A DNA stretch of 64,000 nucleotides from Octopus vulgaris (taxonomy: Eukaryota). This document shows positions 1-12,072 of this stretch, one piece after another. Location: NCBI GenBank assembly GCA_951406725.2, contig OX597814.1, positions 153,884,001 through 153,948,000 of the forward strand, in the 5' to 3' direction. Under the pieces are notes generated by a model that ran no database searches, had not been told where the DNA came from, and saw only the letters and a program-made list of their open reading frames with translations. Each line of letters begins with the position of its first letter. The first letter of the stretch is position 1. The position numbers were made by a program, and so were the translations under genes.

Positions 1-1409
1 AAATTTCACTGAGGTTACTCTTTTGTGCTAAAACAAAAAGAAACTTTAGAGGGTGCATAAATTACATGAGTAGATCATGTAACTTTTTGGAAATTTTGGA
101 AATTTTTTTTTGTTGAAAAATGACGTACAAGTGTAAACATTCATACCAGAAGTTGACTCATTTAATATCAGAATAGGTTTTTACAGAAAAAATATAATGA
201 AGTGGACTTTTATTTATGCTAGACAATATAATGCTTACTTTTTCTGTATAAATTTACAGAAACTATTAAATGGTTAACTACTTTTTGAAGTTTGACGTTC
301 ATGCTGGTAATCATGTTCTGGGCCATATTTTACTGTATTTAACACCGACAACAACATTATAATTCATTCTTGCATGTGTAAACTCAGTAAGTGAATATGA
401 TTTAGCGTTCCTACAGAAACCTTCATTTACCTTATACGTTGTTTAATGTTGAATATGCAAGGGAAGAATTATATAGTAAAATATTGGGTTGGCAACTATG
501 TTCCCACCATTATTTTTAATTTTGGAATTTATTGCCTTTTTAAATTTTGGAATCTATTTTTTTCAAGAATTCTATTTTTGAATCATTTTGGAATCTAATA
601 ATTTTTTTTACTATCTAACTTATCCTTCATTTATTTTATTATATAATTCTTCCTTTGCATATCTAAGTATTGTTCTTTCCTTTTATTTAAATTTATATAC
701 TATTTTACATACATTTATATTTTACTTTACTTTTGTATCATAATTTCTTACTTTACCATTATTTGTATGTTATTTTTATTTTTTATTTTATTTTATTTTA
801 TCTTTACTTACATCTATAATTCACTAGCTAAATACATACGCATAATATATATGTTCTAACTTCTTAAACTTATTAGTAATTTGTCTGCATCCTTTCATGA
901 AATATGTTCACCTTTGCAGTATAAGATCACAAGACCCTGATGAGATTCTGTCCCATATTGTTGAAAATGATGACTAATTCTTAGTATATGACCCTACCCA
1001 AATGCTTATAATTACTAATCACTTAGGGGAATGAATGGAAACATATATGTAGGTTTTTGGCATCTGCCATTTCTTTTAGAGCTTTATAATTTCAAATTTT
1101 TTTGTATTGTTTTCATAAAAAAACTTTCAACCTCATTATATCTTACAAATAAATTATTTAAACATCCATAATTCTAAATTTCCTTCATTTCATTTTTATT
1201 AATATGTATTACTATAATAATCCCCGACATATTGCTGAGACTTTCTCCTTGTATGATAGTGATTAACCAGTGAAATTTTTGGATTATTTAATCCCTAATG
1301 AGGACATGACATCCTCGAATTGACTGACTATATATATATATAAGATTTTTGGCATAATGAAATAAAAATCCAAGGCTGTGAAGATATTAGAACATTTATA
1401 GGTAGAAGG

Positions 1410-1459
1410 TCTTACAGCTGTTTCCAGGATATTTATTAATTATATCTCTTCATCAGAGA
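1410..1459 (-). ncRNA. Degenerate type I hammerhead ribozyme motif (Penelope-like element remnant)
   Basis: Minus strand reads TCT-CTGATGA-AGAGATAT..ATATCCTG-GAAA-CAGCTGTA-AGA: both core boxes, a palindromic stem III (ACAGCTGT), a GUA cleavage triplet and a 3-bp stem I. Stem II closure is imperfect. Confidence 0.6.
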
Positions 1460-1675
1460 TGGTGTGAGAGGATGGTTAAGTAATAATTAATTTAGATGGG
1501 ATACAAAATAGAGAGTGAGGTGGAGGAAAGAAAATAGATGTGAGATATGTAGGGATATATATATATGTAGTCAATTCAAGTAAATGAATAATAAAATTAA
1601 CAATAACAGACAACCAAAGAAGGACATGCACAAGGAGCGTATTAGTTTGATGCTCTCAGTAAAAGGTGAGAGTTT

Positions 1676-1704
1676 TTGATGTTTCAAGCATAGCTCTTCA
1701 TTGG
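1676..1704 (-). ncRNA. Decayed minimal hammerhead motif
   Basis: Minus strand reads CCAATGA-AGAGC-TAT-GCTT-GAAAC-ATC, resembling CYGATGA..GAAACGTC after CpG decay. The core is mutated. Confidence 0.35.
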
Positions 1705-3665
1705 AAAGGAGAAAGAGAAAAATCCAAAGAAAGGAAAGAAATCGCCAACAGCCCATATGTAGATACATTGCTGAAATAGGTTGGTTGAGAGAAAAAGAGA
1801 AAACAAGAAAAAGAAAGCCAGAGAGTGAAAGAGAAATGGAAAGAGAAAAAAATTAATTTAGTGATGATATTGTATAGCATACTTTCTTTTAATGAAATAT
1901 AAATTCAGGACCATAAATGCAAAGATCAAAAAACTATCATCAAATTTCTAAGTCTGAAATTGTTAGTTAATAAAAGAAAACCAAAACTCTACAAATAAAC
2001 ACTATAAAACGAAATTGAAACTCATTTGAATTAGTTGTTATTTCCATCAACTAATCTCATACTTTTGACAATCCTTTGATTTGCTTTAATATAACATAAA
2101 TCTTTCTAAAATATATGTAACCAAATTTATATTTAAAAATGAAGAAAAAGAATGTTTTCATCTTTTAACAATTTGATCTAGAAAATATATTCCTTATTTC
2201 TTATATATATAGTTTTCTTTGCTGATGCTAAATCATTCTAGATGTTTCTATTCACTTTTGCAAAAAAAAAATATTCAAAGTAATAAAGTTAAAAGTGATT
2301 GAAAAATTCTTCTTTTGAAAATTGATACATATGAATGATCGAAATTGTAAAGAGTCTTTCTCCTTGTGTCTACTTTGATAAGGTAACACACAGCCACACA
2401 ACAAACTTCTTAGTGGTATTGGGTGGGTTTTGTTGAAAAGTACTTCAACTGGCTAGCTTCCTATTACAGCTGCTCTAAACAAAGTCAACTTTAGCTAGTA
2501 ACAATATTTAACATTACATTTATCACTCTACATTACTTCCATCTCTTTATACACACCAAGCATTTATTTTTATGCTAGCTTCCCATAAATCAATTTCCTT
2601 AACACCTGTTATTAATACACACACACACACACATATTTTTTTCTTCACTTTGTAAATACTGCTTAAAGAGCTTTGCCACATTCAAGAATGCATTAGTCTT
2701 TGTCACAGCTGGTAGTGTTAGAGAATCTATGTCATGTTCAATGACAACAGATCTTCATATAATGTTTGTCACAACTGTTGCAGAAATCATGTGCCGTTTA
2801 ATGGTAATGTCAAACTTGCCCAGTTTCCATCACTCATCAAACAAGGAAACAAGGAAACAAGGAAATAGCCAACAGCTTCATTAGCTCTGTGTGTTGTGTA
2901 ATACCTCAAAGATGATTTGCAACTCGGGAACTGATTGCAAAATCTGTTACAATTTCACCTCTATTTGTATAAGTAGTGAAATAAAAAGTTTCAAAATTAC
3001 TTGTATTTGAAACATCACCATCAATATTTTAATGTCTATTTTTTCTCTGTTTGTATGGTTTAGAAAAAATTATATGGGAGCAAAGTTTTCCATGGTCAGT
3101 TACCAACCACTACTTTAAGTAAGGTGAAAATCTCCCTACCCCTCAAACAACAAATAGCATAGACATGTTTATGTGGAGGACTGGAAATAAATGACACCAG
3201 AGGAACTATTCTTTTTATTTATAAGTACCATACAACAAGTCTGTGAAGATGAAGTGAACCAGAAGTAAAGAGTCAGTGATATCAACAGCTGAGGGGCCCT
3301 ACAGAAAGAGCAGGAATGAGGGAGGTCACATGGGCATAAGTTGGATCAGTGTGGGCCCCTTTGCTTCAGGACACTCACAGTGGATGGATGCATGTGGCCA
3401 TTACAAGCTAGAGGGATTTTGCAGTTAGGTTCTAACTGGAGCTTAGGTAGGTAGGGCACTTTTGGATGTAACCTAGCTGGAAAGACGATGCTGCAAGAGA
3501 ACCTGAGAGGTAGGTGAATCACATTCATTTCTCATACTACAATGTCAAAACATGCCAACAAACCTGGATGTGCTTTTGTGGTGGGCTACAAGAAAGTGAC
3601 ATTGTTAGCAAAGCCATTATTTACAATCAATGAGTAAACATGTATAGACAAGGAAATATGCACTC

Positions 3666-3704
<39 letters not shown>

Positions 3705-3714
3705 AGCATATGAT

Positions 3715-3880
3715 TGGCTCCTTTCAGTTTCCATCTACCAAAATCCACTTAAAAGACTATGCCCAGCCTGGGACTATGATAGAAGACACTTGCCTAAGGT
3801 GCTACACAGTGGAACTAAACTTAAAACCATGTGATTGAAAAGCAAACTTCTTAATCACCTCACAGCCACACTTGTGCCTA
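3715..3880 (-). mobile_element. SINE family B (tRNA-derived, CORE-like), diverged copy
   Basis: Reverse-complement similarity to the copies at 54803 and 56194. Confidence 0.75.
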
Positions 3881-4159
3881 ATTGAAACATTATTTCAATT
3901 CTGTTAAGCACAATGAAAGGACATTTATTGAAAGTTAAGTCTGTATAAGTTAGTTGCCACTCTGAACATGTGTGTGCATTTGTGTGTAAACCTTTCTGAT
4001 GTCACATGGACTGATACAGCAACATCATTGCTCAGTGAAAACTGTGCAGGAACAAAAGCCTCCCCTCAAGCTGCAGATCAAAGAGATGGATTCTTTTGTG
4101 TGTATGAGGAGTTGAGAATATCCAAGCAAATCTTATATGAGAGAAGTACATTATGCCAG

Positions 4160-4447
4160 TGAAGCACATAGCCTGGTGGTCAGAGTGTTTAGCTTGTGGT
4201 CATAAAGTCATGGGTTCAAATCCTGGACTGAGCACTGAGTTGTATTCTTGAGCAAAGTACTTCATTTCACATTGCTTAAATATACCCAGCTGTAAACAAA
4301 TACCTATTTTTTTACTACCCACAAGGGGCTAAACACAGAGAGGTCAAACAAGGACAGACAAACAGATTAAGTCGATTATATCGACCCCAGTGCGTAACTG
4401 GTACTTAATTTATCAACCCCGAAAGGATGAATTCGAACTCAGAACCA
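4160..4447. mobile_element. SINE family C head (+, about 4160-4300) abutting a partial SINE family A copy (-, about 4305-4447)
   Basis: A/B-box-like tRNA head similar to 39843. The second part matches 4695-4860 with an internal deletion. Confidence 0.7.
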
Positions 4448-4694
4448 GCTCTCTCCAGCTGTTACATCTTGGATATGCCACTGGTGTCACTGGCAAATGG
4501 TGGAAGGAAGGAGCCTGTATATGTCTACTTACAACTACATAAGCAACTAAAGCAATTAGTGAAACTATGGTACCCATACTTACTCATCAGTGACAGCTGG
4601 CTGTATTTATTGTATTGTACTGTTTGACATACAGCTTCTTCTTGCTCCACTTTACAAACAAACTGAAGGTGAACCAGGACATGCAAATGAGTAT

Positions 4695-4927
4695 CTATTT
4701 CTTTACTACCCACAAGGGGCTAAACACAGAGAAGACAAACAAGGACAGACGAATGGATTAAGTCGATTACATCGACCCCAGTGTGTAACTGGTACTTATT
4801 TAATCGACCCCGAAAGGATGAAAGGCAAAGTCAACCTCGGCGAAATTTGAACTCAGAATGTAGCGGCAGACAAAATACCGTTAAGCATTTCGCCCGGCGT
4901 GCTAATGTTTCTGCCAGCTCACCGCCT
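4695..4927 (-). mobile_element. SINE family A, young full-length copy
   Basis: Near-identical to 19345, 20021 and 49490. It has an 18-bp TSD GGACATGCAAATGAGTAT (4677-4694 / 4928-4945). The central GCCTTTCATCCTTTCGGGGTCGAT..AGTACCAG block resembles a widely conserved metazoan SINE central domain. Confidence 0.9.
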
Positions 4928-5714
4928 GGACATGCAAATGAGTATTATGTTAACAATGATTTTTGAGGAATATGCTTCAATAGAGTTTTTATTTGAAGAA
5001 GAGAAAACAGACTTTACAGTATTGCTAGGAAGTTATTGCTATTTATCTCCAGATGAACCTTAATCAAGCAAACTTGTAATCAAAGACATTCCACTCATGA
5101 CCAATACTTCTTTTCTAGAGGCATGTCTATGCATATCTTAATGCGTTCTTTTGTTATCTGTATGAGAGAATAATTTGCAGGAGATAAGGATTTGACAGCT
5201 ATTTCTGGCAGGTTGGTGATTAACTAAAGGTGTGCTCACTCGGCAGATTAGCACGTAGATTAACATCTTTAATATCAAATGGAATCAGCTTGTCTATATG
5301 CTTCCTGTATCTTTTTCACAAAATGCAGACCTGGGCTAGCTGACATTAGACATGTGCTAGAATAGATATAACTGCAGTAGGAAGTTATTTCAAGAGGATA
5401 ATTTCTTGCTTGATTAAATAAACTTCAAAATGCATCTATTTACAGAAACAACGTATATTGATGTGCTAATGTATGTTGTTTCTGTGTATAGATTCTGTGT
5501 ATATGATGGTAAAATGTCAGAAACAATATTTGCAACAGTTGGGCTAATATACCTGTTGCCTGGTTTAACATTGCCACCTGTCCCATGGGTGATTTCAACA
5601 GAATCCACTCTGTTACAAACATCTGAGTCAGGTCTCAAGTTTGGGAATAATTTATCTTTTTCCTCTCACCACTCTCAGTGGCAGTGAAATGTTGTGAGCA
5701 CTGCTCTAGTGCCT

Positions 5715-6095
5715 TTGACATAGTTGCTTCTCAACCATGTGGTCTTGGGTTCAGTTTCACAGGGCAGAACTTTGAGCAAGTGTCTTCTACTATAGCCCTG
5801 AGCTGTCCAAAGCCTTGTGAGTAGATATGGTAGATGGAAGCTGAAAAGAACCTGTCATGTGTATGTGTACCCTTGTCTAGACATCACATGATGGTTGTAA
5901 ATGAGCATCATTGTCATACAAGCAAGGTTGTTTGCTTCCAGTCTTCCATGGAAAACATGTCTGGCCATGGAGAAATATCCTCTTGCTTGGAAAAAGACAA
6001 AGGTTGGCAACAAGAAAAGTATCCAGCTGTAGAAACTCTTCCTCAACATATTCCATGTGACCCATGCAAGCATGACAAAGTGGACATTAAATGCT
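5715..6095 (+). mobile_element. SINE family B head joined to a second repeat body
   Basis: The head matches 56194. The body (5875-6090) has related copies at about 42630-42870 (-), 49310-49780 (+) and 59495-59720 (-). Confidence 0.65.
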
Positions 6096-6710
6096 TGAGA
6101 AGACTCGGCAAGTGCAAGTGAGACCATAACCTCGTAGCCTATGCCAGAGGTGTAACCAGTCCACTTATGTGTGCCTTTCTTTCATTGGACACTAAACTCT
6201 GCTTGCGAAGACCTGTTGAGGCAAGTGAAATCGAAATCGAAATCAAATTCGATGACTGGCATCCATGCTAGTGGAGCGCTAAGAGTACCATACGAGGAAG
6301 ATCATTGCCAGAGCAACAAGCTGGCCTCCGTGCCAATGGCACGTTAAAAACATCACTCGAGCGTGATCATTACCTGCGTCGCCTTACTAGCACTTGTGCT
6401 GGTGGCATGCGAAATAAACATTTGAGCAAGGTCGTTGCCAGTGCTGCTGGACTGGCTCCTGTGCAGGTGGCACATAAAAAGCACCATTTGCGCGTGGCTG
6501 TTGCCCGTACCACCTAACTGGCCCTCATGCCGGTGTCATGTAAAAGCACGCACTACACTCACAGCATTAGGAAGGCCATCCAGCTGTAGAAACTCTGCCA
6601 GATCAGATTGGAGTCAGGTGCAGCCATCTTGTTCGCCAGACCTCAGTCAAATTGTCCAACCCATGCTAGCATGGAAAGCAGACGTTAAACGATGATGATG
6701 ATGATGATGA
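6095..6710 (+). mobile_element. RTE LINE 3' UTR / RTE-tail repeat (family D) with internal subrepeats and (GAT)n tail
   Basis: The same sequence follows the RTE ORF ends at about 11040 and 28320. It ends GACGTTAAAC(GAT)n. Other copies lie at about 7070-7290, 17985-18370, 33010-33373, 38720-39018, 42005-42560 and 63145-63335. Confidence 0.85.
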
Positions 6711-7827
6711 TTATACTACATCAACAAATGATTAATTGAGTCCAAGTCCCTATGGACATTATCAATGCTTAGCCCCAAGTCATCCCTGATAGAACAGATA
6801 TACGATCAAAGGTGTTTGAATAATTACCATACTGTCTTGTAAATAACAGTGTCATTGTACAGTGTGACCTGATATTTCATACAGTGGATTCAGTGGGATG
6901 TGTTTTGAGGAAAATTCATCTGCTATTTTTAGCATTCAAATGACCATGTAGAAGCCTCTTTGGCTCTGGACGTTACTGAGGAAGGCAGTAGAAACTGCCT
7001 TCCTGTTCAACTTATTTGATGTATATTTGGAAGATCAAGGAGAAATGTGGAACTAACAGCCAATTTGGGACACCAACCAAGGTACTATGTGTGGGTACTG
7101 GTACCATGTCAAAATCACTGGTGATGGTGCCACAGTACACTGTGGAATGATTGGCATTAAGAAGGGCATTAAGAAGGGCATTCAGCCATAGAAACCAAGC
7201 CAAAACAGACTATGGAACCTGGTGCAGCCCCTGGCCTTACCATTTCCTGTCAAGGCAAGCATGGAAAACAGACATTAGATGATGATGAAAGCAAGGTAGC
7301 AGAAAGACAGAAAGGAAAAGGACTATGGTGATATTCATATACTGGGAGTAGTTTAACTGACTGTTAGTGGTGCCTCCCAGATTTCTTTGAGCACAAAGCC
7401 TGCTGAGAACCCTGAAAGAATTTTCTTAGTGTTGATTGTGCTTTAACCCTTTAGCATTAAAACTGGTCATATCAGGCCAAAATATTCTACCTGTTTTATA
7501 TTCAAACTAGCAAGAGCTGGCTTCTCTCACCTACCCTACAATGTCATTCTAAAAATAAACAATTACATAATTGCAGTTGCAAAAGTACAAGATAATGAAT
7601 AAATAATTAAAAGCAATGTGGATAAAAAAGCATTGCATTTTGACAGGATAATCTGAAAATGCCAGAGAGTTAAGGGTGGATGACAACGTAGTCCTGATGA
7701 GAGTAGTAATGCCTGAGTATTTTTAGCTTTGGTAGTGGTGGTGGTGGTGAGAAGAAGTGGTGATGAGGGAAGAAGAGGGGAAGAATAGGAGGAAGAGACA
7801 AAGAAGAGAACAAGAGGAGGGGAGAGG

Positions 7828-7949
7828 AGAAGAAGAAGAAGAAGAAGAAGAAGAAGAAGAAGAAGAAGAAGAAGAAGAAGAAGAAGAAGAAGAAGAAGAA
7901 GAAGAACAGCAACAACAACAACAACAACAACACCAACAACAACAAGAAG
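7828..7949. repeat. Compound (GAA)n(CAA)n microsatellite
   Basis: Direct reading. It explains the polyE/polyF/polyS ORFs. Confidence 0.97.
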
Positions 7950-8657
7950 ACCATGAGTGCAACTATAATAACCAGGAATGTTCTATTACTACACCTCTTC
8001 TTTTCTCTATCTTGACATTTTCACAATCTGTCTTATTTCTCTGCGATTTCTCTTATCATTAAAGGGTTTGTCTTCAATAAGATAGGAAGTTGCAGATGGA
8101 CAATTTCTCTACCCTGAAGTAGCAGATAAAGCAACCGAACTTCAAGATGTTTGTTTATTCAATTCAGACTTTAAACTTCAAGAAAGAGAAATTTTGCTGA
8201 CAATAAATGTTAGGATGTAACAGATGTTATTCGGTTTAATGAGTGATAATTTAGATGTAAAATACAGAGTGATGTTAAATGTAAGCAATTAAAAGTAGGA
8301 AATTTCAAGAATAGAATAATGTAATAACTTCTTTTTCTTTTCTTTTTTTTTTTTGTTTTATTCTATTGTTAAAACTATTTCACATTTAAGAGAATTTATA
8401 ATTAACAGCTTAATTTTAGAATGAAAATTTTCAATACAGCAGCAAATTGTCAGAGCTGTTAAAGGAATGTCTGATGGAACGGTTAATCCACATTACTCCA
8501 TAGGGAGTGTAGGGTCAGTTTCTCAGTTTTCCTGACATATATATTCCTTCCTGGAGAGGATGCTAGTCTTTTGCAGGGTTACTCATTTTTATCAGCTGAG
8601 TGGACTGGATCAATGTGAAATGAAGTGTTTTGCTCAAGAACACAACCCATCACCCAG

Positions 8658-8689
<32 letters not shown>

Positions 8690-9600
8690 GTCATCATTGT
8701 TTAACATTCACCTTCCATGCTGGCATGGGTTGGACAGTTTGTAAGGAGTTGGCTAAGCAGGAGCCTGCACCAGACTTCTGTATCTGTTTTTGGCATGTTT
8801 TTTTACAGTTGGAGTGCCCTTTCTAACATCAACCACCCAGCAGGGTGGACAAGAGTCAAGAAATCAAAACCACAGTCTTAATATCATGAGTCCAACACCC
8901 TAATTACTAAGTTATGCACCTCCACTGTCAGATAGAATATTTTGTGTTTTTACTCTGTACACTCTTAAGTTTAAATCCTGACAAGGTTGACATTACCTTT
9001 CATAATTTTGGTGGTCAATACCAAAAATCTATCAATCAAGGGCAGGAGATTGGTAGAACTGTAAGAATATTGGACCAAACTGTTACGTTATTTGTTCCAT
9101 CTCGTTGAGTAATAATGCCATGGCTTGCTTGGATGGTAGACCTAATTCATCACTCAGTTTAAGACTTCCATCTGGTACCTTGATTGCCTGTAAAGGAATC
9201 CATCCTGTTGGAAGTATCCAGGCCAGATTTCCATTTTGAGGATACCAGTTTCCTTGGAGACCCTGTAAAGAGTTATGAGCATTGTCTTGTGTTCCAGCAT
9301 GGCCACTGTTCAATGACTAAAACAAATAAAAGAGTAAATAGATAGATACATGACAGCAACTCAATCTCCTATCACTGGACATCCCATGGCAGGGAAAGTG
9401 GGCTTTGGACAGTGCTATCTTAACATATAGAACCATTATAGGCTCAAAGACCTATAATGTTAAAACAGCCGTATTTTTGAGGTTCATCTAACAGTGATAG
9501 CCCTCCAATGTCAGACAAAGCAACAACATCAATTAGAGCAACATCACAGTTTAATCAATGCCAAAAACAAGTACACCCTGCACAAATCAGGATAAAAATA

Positions 9601-9638
<38 letters not shown>

Positions 9639-10464
9639 AAGTCATTGTTGTGGTCAATGACAGTACTGCCTGATTGGCACCCATGCTGGTGGCATGCAAA
9701 ACTTTCTGCATTGTTAGAAGCTTTCTTATTTTCTTTTTCCTTTTCCTTCTTTGGTACTACAATGCTTCAAGTGAACTATAATGCTCTTGTGTCTTTCTTT
9801 ACTTATTACATGTAACTTTAAAAATGAGAAATAACAAGGAATGCAACTACAAGAGTTAAAGCTTACAAAAGTGTTGGCAGCTGAAGTGAAGTAAATTCAC
9901 AGATTTTCTTTGCAATATCTAGCCCTTTAGCATTCAGATTACCCTGTCAAGTGTTATGCTTATTTATCCACATTAATATGAGTTAGTCATGCATAATCTT
10001 GTAGCTTCAAGATTTCAATGGTGCAATTGTTTATTTTTGGAATAACATGGTGAAGTAGGGTTGAGAGGTTGGACCTGGCCAATTTCAACACAAAACAGGT
10101 AGAATGATTGAGACAGATATGACCAGTTTAAATGCAAAAGGGTTAAGGGATGCTCACACACAAATAAACTGCATTTTAAAAGAATATTACATATTTCTGC
10201 TACTACTACCACCATCTTATCACACACCACTCTCTCATCATCAAGATATCTATGTAAAAGCAATTACATCAGATCTTCAGCCAGTGAACCCACCTATCAG
10301 TCTTTCCATGCCATCTCCATCAGGTCATTATTATTGTCATCCATCACTCTCTCCTAATATTGACTATCTCTAATATTATCCATAATTTAATCTCTTGATC
10401 ACACTCTCTAATGCTAGAATCATGATAAAATGCACTCAGCACTCCATCAAATGCCAGTAGGGTT

Positions 10465-11270
10465 AACTAGAAGTAGTTGATAGCTTTCCATATCCAAGTG
10501 ACCAAGTCAGCAGTGGAGGGGGATGGTCTGAGAGCATAGCTGCTAGAATAAGAATAGGCTGGGTAAAGTTCAGAGAGTTTCTACTTTTGTTGGCAACAAA
10601 GAGCTTCTCCCTCAGAGTGAAAGGCATATTGTGTGATGTCTGTGTGTGAACAGCCATGCTACATGGCAGTGAAATATGGGCTGTGATGTTAGAGGACATG
10701 TGAAGGCTTGAAAGAAATGAAGCTAGTATGCACTGCTGGATGTGCAATGTCAGTGGGCATATATGAGTGTAAGTATCTTGAGAAAAAAATTGGGCACAAG
10801 AGGCATCAGATGTGGTAGGCAAGAGAGCCATCTGTGCTGGTATAGTCATGTGATATGTATGGATAAGGACAGTTGTGTAAAGAAGTGTCAGTCTCTAACT
10901 GTGAAGGGAACATGTGGAAGAGGTAGACTAGGAAGACATGGGACAAGGTGGTGAAGCATGTAGCATCTGATGGAGGCAATGACAAGTGATCGTGACCTTT
11001 GGTGATTTACTGTGGTTGAGAAGGCTTGTCAAGTCAAGTGAAATCATAGTTGTGAGTGGTGCTGGTAACACATAAAAGCACCTGTACTGGTGACACGTAA
11101 AAGGGACCCACTACACTCTTGGAGTGGTTGGTGTTAGGAAGGGCATCCAGCTGCAGACACAAGACCAAATTCAGATTGGAACTGCAGCTATCTGGCTTAC
11201 TAGTTCCATTCAAGCCATCCAACCCATGCCAGTATAGAAAGCAGATGTTAAATGATGATGATGATGATGA
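10465..11270 (+). mobile_element. 5'-truncated RTE-clade LINE (ORF C-terminus with stops, plus 3' UTR)
   Basis: Degenerate LEVVDSF.Y, MLHGSE.W, WY.HV..M..DSCVKKC and CGRGR motifs. Paralogous to 27740-28320. Ends in (GAT)n. Confidence 0.85.
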
Positions 11271-11752
11271 TACATTTGCTAAAGAAGATAATAAATGAGC
11301 AAAACAACACAGGGCTGGCAGGACCTTTTATTCTGGTTTTGGACATGATAACCTCTTTAGTGTTGGTAGCATGATAAAATGCATCCAATACACTCTATTT
11401 AGTGGTTGGTGTTAGGAAAGGAATCCAATTATAGAGACCATGTCAAAAATGGAGTGTGTAAATGGGATGTAGTCCTCCGACTTAAGGAAGGCAGTCACTC
11501 TGAATAAGAAGTGACTTGGAATGTGACAATTCACCCAACAAATGAAGAGCAAATGTAACAATGACAATGATGATATAACTATCTGAGCCACATCGATACT
11601 TCCTCCCAAAACTACATAATTATTATAACACCTATGATAATTCTAAATTAATACTTATGTCAAGTAACATGTATATCATACAAATCGTAACTTGTCTTTA
11701 AAATGACAATATATATTATTAAATGTGACGCCTAATTGATTTTTCAAGTTTC

Positions 11753-12027
11753 TGTGGTGTGGTGATGAAGGAGTGTGACGGGACGGGCGGGAGCGGAAGT
11801 GATGCTTACAGGTCTTGCAGGGCGAATGCGCCGGCGGAAGCGGAAGGGAGAGACTCAACGCACGCGTGGCATCGACCGGTTGCGACAGACCCCAGCAAGG
11901 CACCGAGACGACAACACGCGAGCAAGTTGGCTGAAGGCCATCCGACTTCATCCCCTGTCAGGTAAGACCTTATTGCACTTCTATTTTCCTCTTTCCTTGT
12001 TCCGTTGTGCTCCTTTCATCAACCACA
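11753..12027 (+). repeat. 5' LTR
   Basis: Direct repeat of 15739-16013 with 5 substitutions (11825, 11865, 11867, 11911, 11983) and no indels. Confidence 0.98.
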
Positions 12028-12039
12028 AGCTATTTCGGC
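12028..12039 (+). promoter_or_regulatory. Putative primer-binding site complementary to nt 1-12 of tRNA-Phe(GAA)
   Basis: AGCTATTTCGGC begins immediately after the LTR. Its reverse complement GCCGAAATAGCT is the 5' end of metazoan tRNA-Phe. No TGG-type PBS is present. Confidence 0.75.
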
Positions 12040-12072
12040 AATTAGTCAGCGTTCACATTTTTTTTCAACACG

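Noticed and set aside
482-510. Lone mariner-like TIR (TATTGGGTTGGCAACTA)
   Set aside because: I found no partner TIR or transposase remnant nearby.
5414-5687. Overlapping 60-85 aa ORFs in unique sequence as a possible host exon
   Set aside because: No recognisable domain and no convincing splice-site pair.
7694-7720. Other CTGATGA occurrences (e.g. 7694, 4586 minus, 25767 minus) as hammerheads
   Set aside because: They have no stem II followed by GAAA and no stem III.
7670-8062. PolyE/polyQ/polyF/polyS ORFs
   Set aside because: They are translations of the (GAA)n(CAA)n microsatellite with no flanking coding signal.
12028-12045. Tf1-type self-priming or a conventional 3'-tRNA PBS
   Set aside because: No complement of this sequence exists in the LTR and no TGG follows the LTR.
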